48,451 nt of DNA, from NCBI GenBank assembly GCA_035715125.1, contig DASTLJ010000153.1, positions 1-48,451 of the forward strand. Direction: 5' to 3'. Positions 40,228 through 48,451 of this stretch are shown piece after piece. The notes beneath the pieces are model-generated. The model was not told where the DNA came from, made no database searches, and saw nothing but the letters and a program-made list of their open reading frames with translations. Position 1 is the first letter of the stretch. Each line of letters begins with the position of its first letter. This DNA comes from Verrucomicrobiia bacterium. GTDB lineage: Bacteria > Verrucomicrobiota > Verrucomicrobiia > Limisphaerales > JADJPG01. A program made the translations under genes and the position numbers.

Positions 40228-41549
40228 TTGATGTCGTCCGGCTCGACGCGGACCTGGGTGGAAAGCTTGTAGGGATGGCCTCGGGGTGACTTGAGGGTGA
40301 CCTCGCCCATGAAAGCGCGGTACCCGTGATCCGGAGCGGGCACGAAACCGGTCGCTCGGCTGCTCGGCTCGTCCTGAAGCACGCGACTGGTCCAGGTTTC
40401 GTCCCGAAAATCGCGGTCCCGTGAGGTGGTGGTGAACAGCCGGATGCTCTCGGCTGCGGGCTCGATGGTCAAGTCCAGTCCGGGCTTTTCGCCTCTTTTG
40501 AACGTCCAGGACATCTTTGGCAGTTCCTTGCCGTCAGCAATCATTTCGAAAAAGGCCGCCAGGGTTTGTATCGAGTCCTTTCTGTCGCCCTGCTCGTGCC
40601 CGGCGTTGGGCGTCTGGAAGATGAGCTTGGGACCGGGGAGGTCGTTCCAATAGTGGCGGAGCGAATCGACCGTCCAATAACGGTCGTTGGTGCCGAGGAG
40701 CAGGAGCTTGGGCATGGTATAGCGATTACGATAGGAGTACGGGTCGACCCAACTGCGCAGGTTCACGTTGCGGGGCTCGTCAAGCGCCAGGTGGAGGTTG
40801 AGGTCGGTGTATTCCTGGATCTGCTCGCTCTGCCGGCCATAAACCTTTTGCGCCCACGCGATCTGCTTCTTCATGTTCAGCATGTCGATCACTTGCGGAG
40901 CGATGGCTTTGACGCGCGGGTCGACGGCGCCGGTGAGCCAGGTGGTCCAGCCGCGCTTGGAGATGCCGGAAACGACGAAGCCTTCGATGGTCTCGCCGTT
41001 CTCCTGCTTTGCAAAAGCGGTCACAGCGTCCATCGCGCGGACGGCGCTCTTGGTCATGGGGAAGAGCAACGGCCAGGTTTCGTCGCCGGTCTTGAGGTAT
41101 TGGAAAAAGGTGTAGGCGACGAGCGTGTCCTCGACTTTGCCCCCATAGAGCGGTTGATTGGGCACCTGGCTGACGACGGCGGCGACGGCCCCGGCCTGCT
41201 CGGCCAGAAGTTTGAGCATCTTCAGGCTGCTCTTTCCCTCGCCGTCGCCGGTGATGAAGAGGAAGGCTATGCGCGGATTCCGGACTTTTTCCGGCCGCAC
41301 CACCTGGAGGTGATGGGTCCAGAGATGCTCGCGCCATTTCTGCGAAGTCATCTCCAGGTGCGTCACGGTGAAACCCATTGGTTTGCCCTGGTCGGCCTTC
41401 TTCCAGGTAAATGCCGGGTCTGACGCATTCACATAGTTTTCGAGCGCGCCAGCCCGAAGCGAGAGCGGCAGGAGGCCCAGCCCGAGCGCGCCGACGATGA
41501 CCACTGGATGAAACCAACCACTGCGTTGCAAACAATTTGGTTGCGACAT
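40224..41549 (-). CDS. PhoPQ-activated pathogenicity-related (PqaA-type) family protein
   Basis: 441 aa. Contains WTHHLQVVRP, FVVSGISKRGWTTWLTGAVDPRVKAIAP, LLLLGTNDRYW and PNAGHE. Confidence 0.75.
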   Translation of the reverse strand: MSQPNCLQRSGWFHPVVIVGALGLGLLPLSLRAGALENYVNASDPAFTWKKADQGKPMGFTVTHLEMTSQKWREHLWTHHLQVVRPEKVRNPRIAFLFITGDGEGKSSLKMLKLLAEQAGAVAAVVSQVPNQPLYGGKVEDTLVAYTFFQYLKTGDETWPLLFPMTKSAVRAMDAVTAFAKQENGETIEGFVVSGISKRGWTTWLTGAVDPRVKAIAPQVIDMLNMKKQIAWAQKVYGRQSEQIQEYTDLNLHLALDEPRNVNLRSWVDPYSYRNRYTMPKLLLLGTNDRYWTVDSLRHYWNDLPGPKLIFQTPNAGHEQGDRKDSIQTLAAFFEMIADGKELPKMSWTFKRGEKPGLDLTIEPAAESIRLFTTTSRDRDFRDETWTSRVLQDEPSSRATGFVPAPDHGYRAFMGEVTLKSPRGHPYKLSTQVRVEPDDIK

Positions 41550-41665
41550 GAGGAGATACCAGTGAAGCGAGGCGTCCGCGTCAAGCGGGAAGCCTCGGAC
41601 CCACCTGGATTTGGGCTCGTCGCGGCGCGCTTGAGTTTCCGGCCGGCCGCCCTAGTCTCCGTCGT

Positions 41666-42535
41666 GTGGCCGACCCCGACAAGCCCGCCGCGCCCGTCAT
41701 TGCCCCCGCCGACGCCGCCACTTTGCCGGGCATCCCATCTCTTTCCCCAACCGCCCGCCGCTGGCACAAACCGATGTTCGTTGTTTTTCTGGCGACCTGG
41801 ATGGCCAACACCGCGCTCGCGGGCCTGGGAGTTGAATTGCCTGTTGGATTCGGCTGGGTCGAGGCGCTCTTGCCCGTCAGCGCGGTCACGACGACGCTGC
41901 TCGCGCTGGCATGCCGGCTGCCGCTTCAAAACGTCCTGATGGCGGCGGTCAGCATCTCCTCGCTGGCCACTGGCATCCTGGCCGTGGGTGCGAAGACCGG
42001 AACGCCCTTCGGGCCAATCGTCTTCACCGACAGCCTGGGCGAGCGCCTCTTCGAAGTGGTGCCGTGGCCCCTGCCTTTGTTGTGGGTGGTGCTGATCATC
42101 AACGGCCGCGGTGTCGGCCGACTCATCATGCGGCCGTGGCGCAAAACGAATTACTACGGTTTTTGGGTGATCGGCATCTCCTGCGGGCTGGTAACGGTCT
42201 TCGCGTTCGGCTTCGAGCCTTTCGCAGCGAGAGTGAAACACTACTGGCTTTGGCAGACCGCGCAGGGCACGCCGAGTTGGTCCACGGCGCCGTGGGTGAC
42301 TTTTCTCGGCTGGCTCCTGACCGCGGTGGGGATTGTCGCGCTGAGCATCCCGTGGCTGATCAACAAGCTTCCGGTCAAACAGCCGATGGACTACCAGCCG
42401 TTGATAGTGTGGACGCTGGTGAATCTATGGCCGGCGGCGGGCAACGCGAGCCGCGGACTTTGGACGCCGGTCGTTCTCGTGGTGACCCTCAATTTGATCG
42501 CCGCCCTTTACGCCATTCGCGGCGCGCGCTGGTGA
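41666..42535 (+). CDS. Polytopic membrane protein, DUF422/carotenoid-biosynthesis-protein-like
   Basis: Has 6-7 hydrophobic segments and contains VPWPLPLLWVVLIINGRG. ATG 41774 is an alternative start. Confidence 0.5.
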   Translation: MADPDKPAAPVIAPADAATLPGIPSLSPTARRWHKPMFVVFLATWMANTALAGLGVELPVGFGWVEALLPVSAVTTTLLALACRLPLQNVLMAAVSISSLATGILAVGAKTGTPFGPIVFTDSLGERLFEVVPWPLPLLWVVLIINGRGVGRLIMRPWRKTNYYGFWVIGISCGLVTVFAFGFEPFAARVKHYWLWQTAQGTPSWSTAPWVTFLGWLLTAVGIVALSIPWLINKLPVKQPMDYQPLIVWTLVNLWPAAGNASRGLWTPVVLVVTLNLIAALYAIRGARW

Positions 42536-42559
42536 GGGGCCTGGCCGCCCGCTCAAAAA

Positions 42560-42638
42560 CTGTAGCGGCGCTCTATTAGCGCCGTAGGCAGATTAGATTC
42601 CTTGAGGTTTCTTGGCGGTCACAGACCGCCGCTACAGT
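42560..42638. repeat. REP-like element, 'CTGTAGCGGCG ... CGCCGCTACAG' family
   Basis: 11-nt inverted termini at 42560-42570 and 42628-42638. Internal hairpins: CGGCGCT-ctatt-AGCGCCG and GGCGGTC-aca-GACCGCC. Confidence 0.7.
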
Positions 42639-42721
42639 GCAGCCAAGTTTTTGAACGGACTCCTACGGTCCGAATTGAGGTGGGTCAAACTCGCTATCCA
42701 GGTTGGAGTGCGAATCGCGGG

Positions 42722-43414
42722 CTACGGGAACGTGATGGCGAGATTCCGAATATCCGGATCCGTAGCCCACATGTTGACCGGGGCAAACGTTTTTCCAAAC
42801 TTCAAGAAGCGGGCGCTGCCGTCGGCAAACGCATAGTTGGAGCCCGCGCCGCCGCTGTGCCGGATTTGATTGACCTGTATGAGATCATCGTCCGCGTAGG
42901 AGTCCATCCAGAAGTGCCCTTCGCCCGGGGGCGGAGTGGGATCGCCTTCCTTCTCACCAAAGACCACTGTATCCGTCGGTTCCGTAATGGCGCTTTCTGG
43001 AAACCCGTTGGTCTGGGTAGTGGCTTTGAAGTAGTCGTTGAAACCATTGATGATGTAACTGCGCGGGGCGTTGTCGGGCGGGTTGGGTCCTCCGAAAGTG
43101 TGTCCCGGCGACGTATCGCTGGGACACCTGAGAATCCTTAAGTCCCGGTAGCCTTCCTGCAATGCGGTGGTCCAGCGGAGCCCGCCGCGCACCGGGTAGC
43201 GCCCATCGTTGTCGTCGGCGTAAATATTGAGTGACAGTCCAAGCTGCTTGAGATTGTTCACGCATTGAATGCGCTTGGCCGCCTCCTTCGCCTTGGCCAA
43301 AGCGGGCAACAGCATTCCGGCGAGGATCGCGATGATGGCGATAACCACCAGCAATTCGATGAGCGTGAACGCCGCGCGTTGCGCGGTCCGGTTCGATTCA
43401 ATTTTTCCCTTCAT
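42722..43414 (-). CDS. Prepilin-type N-terminal cleavage/methylation domain protein (DUF1559, H-X9-DG type)
   Basis: ORF trimmed to ATG 43414. Contains [31 protein letters not shown] and [18 protein letters not shown]. Confidence 0.9.
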   Translation of the reverse strand: MKGKIESNRTAQRAAFTLIELLVVIAIIAILAGMLLPALAKAKEAAKRIQCVNNLKQLGLSLNIYADDNDGRYPVRGGLRWTTALQEGYRDLRILRCPSDTSPGHTFGGPNPPDNAPRSYIINGFNDYFKATTQTNGFPESAITEPTDTVVFGEKEGDPTPPPGEGHFWMDSYADDDLIQVNQIRHSGGAGSNYAFADGSARFLKFGKTFAPVNMWATDPDIRNLAITFP

Positions 43415-43511
43415 GAGTTCGCACGGCTGCCGGGCACAGCCAATTACGCTGATTTCGACCCCAGGACGGGGCGGAAAATTCATGGAAAATTGTGGAAATT
43501 GCCCGACGGAC

Positions 43512-45149
43512 TCAGTACCACGCCAACTCCAGTTGCACGTCGGCGCGCTGCCAGGCTTCGGTGAACTGACGCTGGACGTCATCGGCCTGCTGTCGTTTGC
43601 CCTGGGCGCGAAGGGATTGTTCGAGGCCGAAGAGGCCCCAGCCGTTGCGCGGCCAGCGCTTGACGTCGTCCCGGAAAACCTGTTCGGCCCTCGCGGCGTC
43701 GCCAGATTGGAGCAGGGCCGCGCCGAGGGGGAGACGGGCGGAAATCGGCCAGTAGGACGGTTCCATGTAGGGGATTGCGTCCTGGGCGGCGACAGCTTTC
43801 TCCAACTGCTCGATCATGGCGGGCATGTTTCCTTTCGCTCCAGCGACCTTGCCGGCCAGCCAGGTTGCGGGCACGGCGAGCGTGGCCGACACGGGGAACA
43901 CCGGGCTGCTGAGCTTTTTCGCCTCATCGCTCGCGGCAAGGGCGGCGAGGGCGCTTTGTTCGCGTTCGGCGGACGCGACATCCTTGTGCGCGACGAACGC
44001 GAGGCCGCGGCAGAAATGCCACAGGGCACGATCCACGAGGAAATCGTTCGTGGCCGGCGGTTGGGGAATGGCCATGACTTCCTCCCACTTGCCGAAGCGG
44101 GCGAGCGTGAGCCACGGCAGGTGGCGTTGGCGGGGCGCTTCAAGGGCCTTTTTCGGGCCGCAGAAATTGTCCAGCGCGTTCTGGGCGGTCAGGTTGGCGG
44201 TGCGGAGGGCGTCCTTGCTGCGGCCCTCGAAAAGTTCCGCCCACCAGAGGAAGTGCATGTTGTGCGGATAATACGCGCCCGGATAGAATCCCAACGCACG
44301 GCAGTGGCGAATGTAGTTGCGGTCGGCTTTGATGGCCCGCTCGTTGGCGAGAATGGCGTCGTGATACTGCCCCACGCGGACGTAAATGTGAGCCGGCATG
44401 TGAACGAGATGTCCGGCGGCGGGCGCAGCTTCGCGCAACCGGTCGGCTGAAGGCAGACCCGCCTCGGGCGTCGGCCCGGCCTCGACGGCGTGGATATAAA
44501 AGTGGTTTGCGCCCGGATGATCGGGGTCGCGCGCGATGACGAAGCGGAGAGCGCCGAGGATTTCCTCCGTCTCGGGCTTGGGGGTGCGGTCGCGCGTCCA
44601 GTAATCCCACGGCATCGTGTTCATGAGCGATTCGGCGAAGAGCGTCTGCGCGTCGAGGTCGTCCGGGTATTGCTTTGCCAACCCTCGCATGGCGTCGGCG
44701 AACGCCTTGTCGAGCGCGAGGCGGTCGTCCTTGTGCACCGGCTGGTAACGCTTTTCCAACGCGCTGATGTAAGCCTGCTCCTTCGCGGAGGCGCGCGCTT
44801 TGTTGGCCACCGCCAGTTGCAGCGCGGCCCACGCACCGGCTGTGTCGTTCGAATCCATCGGCTTGTTGACGTGCGGTCCGAAGGCGTAAGCCGCGCCCCA
44901 ATGGGCCATCGCGCACTGCGGATCGAGATGGGCGGCAGACCGGAACGAACGGATGGCTTCCTTGTGATTGAACCCGAAGAGCAGGCGCATCCCCTGGTCG
45001 AAGTAGCGCTGGGCATCCTTGGACTGCGTGTTGATGGGATGGTGCAAGTCGCCAAGACCCTCAAGAAAAGGGCCGGGAAGTTTCTCCGCGGCAGTCGCGG
45101 TCACAGCGAGGGCGGAAACGAGAATGGATGAAAGAATGCAAGTGTTCAT
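43512..45149 (-). CDS. Periplasmic TPR-like hypothetical protein
   Basis: ORF trimmed to ATG 45149 ([21 protein letters not shown], a signal peptide). The protein is helical-repeat rich and contains [13 protein letters not shown] and [11 protein letters not shown]. Confidence 0.6.
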   Translation of the reverse strand: MNTCILSSILVSALAVTATAAEKLPGPFLEGLGDLHHPINTQSKDAQRYFDQGMRLLFGFNHKEAIRSFRSAAHLDPQCAMAHWGAAYAFGPHVNKPMDSNDTAGAWAALQLAVANKARASAKEQAYISALEKRYQPVHKDDRLALDKAFADAMRGLAKQYPDDLDAQTLFAESLMNTMPWDYWTRDRTPKPETEEILGALRFVIARDPDHPGANHFYIHAVEAGPTPEAGLPSADRLREAAPAAGHLVHMPAHIYVRVGQYHDAILANERAIKADRNYIRHCRALGFYPGAYYPHNMHFLWWAELFEGRSKDALRTANLTAQNALDNFCGPKKALEAPRQRHLPWLTLARFGKWEEVMAIPQPPATNDFLVDRALWHFCRGLAFVAHKDVASAEREQSALAALAASDEAKKLSSPVFPVSATLAVPATWLAGKVAGAKGNMPAMIEQLEKAVAAQDAIPYMEPSYWPISARLPLGAALLQSGDAARAEQVFRDDVKRWPRNGWGLFGLEQSLRAQGKRQQADDVQRQFTEAWQRADVQLELAWY

Positions 45150-45171
45150 TGGTCGTTGAATGGTTTCGAGT

Positions 45172-45876
45172 TCACGAATGGTCCTGCGATTGGGCGATGA
45201 ACCGACCGAGCTTGTCCGGATCGAGCCGGCCGTCACAGCGCACACCGCTGCACACGTCGAGTCCGAACGGGCGCACGGCATCGAAGGCTTGTCGCACGTT
45301 TTCAGCCTTCAATCCGCCCGCCAGGAACACAGGAACAGCGGCTTGCCCGGCGATGCGGCGGCTCAGACTCCAATCATGGGTGCGGCCAGTGCCGCCGAGT
45401 TCCTTCACCGCCGCCGTGGGATTGCCGGAGTCCAACAGCAGCGCATCGACGTGACGGGCCGCTTCGAGCGCCTCGGCCACTGACCGCTCGCCGGTCACGT
45501 GGATGACCTGCACCAGGCCGACGCCCGGCAATGCCTCGCGCAGCGCAGCGTAGGCGCCTTCGCTCAAACGGTCACAGATTTGAATCGTGTTGGTCCGGCA
45601 CCGGCGATGTTGCGCAATGATTTCGATGGCAGTCTGCTTGCTGGTCAACAGGAAAGTCGGAATGCTTGGCAGGATCGACGCGGCGATTTTGGCGATGAGT
45701 TCCTCCGAAATAACGCCCGGCCCGCTCGGCATCTCGGAAACCAGCCCAAGGGCCGAGGCGCCCGCCGAAATGGCCATGCGGGCTTCCGCAACGCTCTGGA
45801 TGCAGCAGACTTTGACGGGCGGACATTTCGTGAATCGTGCGGCGAAAGGGCCTGCCCCGGCGACCGTCAGTTTCAT
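45172..45876 (-). CDS. trpF: Phosphoribosylanthranilate isomerase
   Basis: Contains VKVCCIQSVAEARMAISAGASALGLV, LLDSG..GGTGRTHDW, PVFLAGGLKAENV and GLDVCSGVR. Confidence 0.7.
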   Translation of the reverse strand: MKLTVAGAGPFAARFTKCPPVKVCCIQSVAEARMAISAGASALGLVSEMPSGPGVISEELIAKIAASILPSIPTFLLTSKQTAIEIIAQHRRCRTNTIQICDRLSEGAYAALREALPGVGLVQVIHVTGERSVAEALEAARHVDALLLDSGNPTAAVKELGGTGRTHDWSLSRRIAGQAAVPVFLAGGLKAENVRQAFDAVRPFGLDVCSGVRCDGRLDPDKLGRFIAQSQDHS

Positions 45877-45912
45877 GGGCGGGGTTGTAGCAAAGGATCT
45901 CCAGTAGGTCCA

Positions 45913-46716
45913 TCAATAGCCGCCCGAACCGAGAGATGGCTGCGTGCCGGCGCGCGAAGCGCCGGATTTTTCCGCGGCTTCGCGGCGGCGGTACTCGTCA
46001 AGCATCGCGGCAGTGGCCGTGGCCCCGCAACGACTGGCGCCGAGATCACGCACGAGGATCAGCACGTCGAGATCCCGGACTCCGCCGGCCGCCTTGAGCT
46101 GCACCTTGGGCGAACAAGCCGCCCGCATGAGCTTGAGGTCGTGCTCGGTGGCGCCCTTGTAGGAATACTTGCCGTCGGCGCCTTTGACGAAACCGTAACC
46201 GGTCGAAGTCTTCACCCAGTCGGCGCCGGCGCGCTCGGAGATCTCGCAGAGCTTCCGCTTGAAGTCGTCGCTGCCGAGGCCCGCGCCGCCGTTGGCAAGG
46301 TAGTCGTTCTCAAAAATCACTTTCACCTTCGCGCCGTGCTTGTGGGCTTCGTCGCAGACGGCGCGAATGTCGCGCTCGACGTAGTCCCAGTCGCCGCTCA
46401 GGGCCTTGCCGAGATTGATGACCATGTCGATTTCGGCGGCGCCGTCGCGGCAGGCCAGCTCGGTCTCGTAGCGTTTGGATTCCGTGCACGAGTTGCCGTG
46501 CGGAAAGCCGATGACGCAGCCGACGAGCACGCCGGTGCCGCGCAGCAACTCCGCGGCGCGCGTCACGGCGTAAGGCTTGATACAGACCGAAGCGACGCCG
46601 TACGCAGCAGCCAGCTTGCAACCCTGCTCAAGCTCCTGGTCGGTCATCGTGGGGTGCAGCAGCGAGTGGTCGATCATCTTCGCGAGATGAGCGTACGAGT
46701 ATTTCACGCCCGCCAA
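45913..46716 (-). CDS. deoC: Deoxyribose-phosphate aldolase
   Basis: Contains IDHSLLHPTMT, ASVCIKPY, VIGFPHGN, AEIDMVINLG, DWVKTSTGY (the Schiff-base Lys context) and LKAAGGVR. Confidence 0.85.
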   Translation of the reverse strand: MAGVKYSYAHLAKMIDHSLLHPTMTDQELEQGCKLAAAYGVASVCIKPYAVTRAAELLRGTGVLVGCVIGFPHGNSCTESKRYETELACRDGAAEIDMVINLGKALSGDWDYVERDIRAVCDEAHKHGAKVKVIFENDYLANGGAGLGSDDFKRKLCEISERAGADWVKTSTGYGFVKGADGKYSYKGATEHDLKLMRAACSPKVQLKAAGGVRDLDVLILVRDLGASRCGATATAAMLDEYRRREAAEKSGASRAGTQPSLGSGGY

Positions 46717-47082
46717 ATTGGCGGACGGCTCGGCAAATTGGCGAGAATTTTCTTTGCGAAGACTGACACTTCACCGCATTCCCTCCCGTTCCTGCGGCGG
46801 GGCACTTCCGGTTGGGCGCATCCCGACGCTGCCCCCGGGGCGCGGCCTTCAGGCCGCTTCAGCGTCCGAGCGGCATGGACGTAACGATTGGCCTGTCGGC
46901 TTAGGTACGATGAAGCGGCGTGAACGCCGCGCTCCGACCTGCTTTCAGTCGGGGGCAGTGCCCGGATGCGCCCCTTCCGATTGCAACGGGTTCATCGGGG
47001 TTGCAGGTTGGGCGAATCGAGGCCACGCTGAACCGGGATCCGCGAAGCCTGGATACGGATCGGTCCGACGATTGCGACTGCC

Positions 47083-47577
47083 ATGAACGCACCACCCCCC
47101 TCGAAGAACGAGCGCGACCTTCTCTTTGTGGTGAAGCTGGCCAGCGCACTGGGCATGGGCACCCTGGCGGGATTCCTCTACTCGCTGAAGGACGTGCACC
47201 CAAATCTCCGCCTGGAGTTCGGCGCCGGCGCGGTGCTTGTCGCGGTGGCGACCGCAATCGCTTCGTGGATTTTTTGCGGCGTCATGGCGCGCGCGGACGT
47301 GGAAGGCCGCCCGACGTTCGCGCGGCGCCGGTTTTTCATCCGCTGGCTGATCTTCTTCGGGAGCGCCAGCACGCTTGGGACTCTGTTCGCATTTGCCTAC
47401 TCGCTGCGCAATGTTTCATCCGCCGGCCGGCGCGACGTCGTCGAGGGAACGGTGCTGGCGGTGGTGGTCATCGCCGCCGGCGGCTTCCTCATCCGGAAAG
47501 CGTTCCGTTTCTTCGAGGAGCAGGACAAGGCCGCGCTTGAGGAGCAGCGCCGTCACGATGAAGAGGCTGACGACTAA
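47083..47577 (+). CDS. Hypothetical membrane protein
   Basis: Four hydrophobic segments and an acidic C-terminal tail. Confidence 0.45.
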   Translation: MNAPPPSKNERDLLFVVKLASALGMGTLAGFLYSLKDVHPNLRLEFGAGAVLVAVATAIASWIFCGVMARADVEGRPTFARRRFFIRWLIFFGSASTLGTLFAFAYSLRNVSSAGRRDVVEGTVLAVVVIAAGGFLIRKAFRFFEEQDKAALEEQRRHDEEADD

Positions 47578-47634
47578 TGCGCGCTTTGGGCTTTGTGCTT
47601 GAGCGCCGCCCAAGGGCGCGACTAAGAACGGGCA

Positions 47635-48258
47635 GTGAATCGCACCATGCCATTTCGACTCGGCATCCTCGGTTCGGGCAAAGGCTCGAACATGGTGGCC
47701 ATTGCGGAAGCCATCCGCGCCGGAACGGTGATGGCGGAGATTGCCGTCGTGCTCAGCGACGTGCCCGACGCAGGCATCCTGGAGCGGGCCCGCGAGCTGG
47801 GCTTGAAGGCGGAGTTCATCGCGCCGGGCCGGTTCAGGACAAAACTCGACGACGAAGCGGAGCAAGCCTATGTGAAACGGCTTACCGAGGCGCAGGCCGA
47901 TTTGATCGTGCTGGCTGGGTTCATGAGGATTTTGAAGGGCGAATTCCTCCGCGCGTTCGCCAACCGCGTGATCAACATCCACCCTTCGCTGCTCCCGGCG
48001 TTCCCCGGATTGGAAGCCTGGCAACAGGCGCTCGACTACGGCGTGAAGGTCACAGGCTGCACGGTGCATTTCGTCGACCAGGGAGTCGACAGCGGGCCAA
48101 TCCTGGCGCAGGAAACGGTGCCGGTACTGGCAGGCGACACCGCGGCGACGTTACACGAGCGGATTCAGGAGTCGGAACGGCGGCTCTATCCGCGGGTCGT
48201 CGGCGCGCTGGCCGAGGGGCGGATAGCGTTGAAGGGCCGGCAGTGCGTGTGGGGTTGA
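47635..48258 (+). CDS. purN: Phosphoribosylglycinamide formyltransferase
   Basis: Contains [56 protein letters not shown] and [11 protein letters not shown] 47647 is an alternative start. Confidence 0.9.
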   Translation: MNRTMPFRLGILGSGKGSNMVAIAEAIRAGTVMAEIAVVLSDVPDAGILERARELGLKAEFIAPGRFRTKLDDEAEQAYVKRLTEAQADLIVLAGFMRILKGEFLRAFANRVINIHPSLLPAFPGLEAWQQALDYGVKVTGCTVHFVDQGVDSGPILAQETVPVLAGDTAATLHERIQESERRLYPRVVGALAEGRIALKGRQCVWG

Positions 48259-48265
48259 GTAGAGG

Positions 48266-48326
48266 GACTGGAGTGATGGGGAGATGGAGTATTGGAATGG
48301 CGGGGTGATGGAGTAACGGGGTACTG
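48266..48326. repeat. Tandem degenerate heptamers of the GGAGTGA type (no inverted partner in the window)
   Basis: GGACTGGAGTGATGGGGAGATGGAGTATTGGAATGGCGGGGTGATGGAGTAACGGGGTACTG. It is the same unit as the left arm of the 11677-11757 hairpin. Confidence 0.7.
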
Positions 48327-48451
48327 AGATGCAAACGCGCAGACTCCCCTGGCTGGACGCGGCTCGCTCGGTCCGGCAATTTCATAACCGCCATGAAACA
48401 GCCACAGCCTGTAGCCGCCGACGTGAGGAGGCGGATTCGTTCCCACCGTTG

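Noticed and set aside
48266-48326. Possible CRISPR-like or minisatellite array (this locus and the other heptamer and palindromic repeats)
   Set aside because: The units are 7 nt, or are single long palindromes, with no 25-40-nt direct repeats separated by unique spacers and no cas genes. They are REP-like elements, not CRISPR.
48329-48451. Plus-strand ORFs open to the right edge (MQTRRLPWLDAARS.. and MKQPQPVAADVRRR..)
   Set aside because: They are too short to evaluate. The terminal ~40 nt (CCTGTAGCCGCCGACGTGAGGAGGCGG..) looks like yet another REP-type repeat rather than coding sequence.

Overview
High-GC (roughly 60-65%) chromosomal window. The gene content is typical of the PVC superphylum and most likely Verrucomicrobiota-like: a DUF1549/DUF1553 protein, a prepilin-type DUF1559 protein, many secreted Ig/lectin-like proteins and several palindromic REP-like repeat families. 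There are about 45 genes, mostly on the minus strand. Main blocks: (i) 1-4052 is a giant secreted multi-Ig-domain gene that runs off the left edge and is missing from the ORF track. (ii) 4305-13823 is a seven-gene Hyf/hydrogenase-4-like membrane complex whose large subunit has lost all four [NiFe] cysteine ligands (Ehr-type). Upstream of it lie a zinc-ribbon gene, a PtsN-like EIIA gene, a sigma-54-type promoter and an NtrC-type two-component pair, and the operon is interrupted by an antisense orphan antitoxin. (iii) 24063-26835 is a three-gene thiol-redox operon: a DUF4266-like lipoprotein ending in CxxC, a TlpA-like thioredoxin fused to a beta-barrel-like domain, and a TlpA-like paralogue. 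In the paralogue the first redox Cys codon is an in-frame TGA followed by a SECIS-like hairpin, so it is a candidate selenoprotein that the track splits into two ORFs. (iv) 27428-36072 encodes secreted glycan-related proteins, several of which share a C-terminal module ending in RF[YF]RV. (v) Housekeeping genes include a trmH-like gene, trpF, deoC and purN. I recognised no rRNA, tRNA, CRISPR array, transposase or integrase. The long Arg/Gly-rich shadow ORFs antisense to recognisable genes are rejected. All family assignments come from motif recognition by eye, because no searches could be run.
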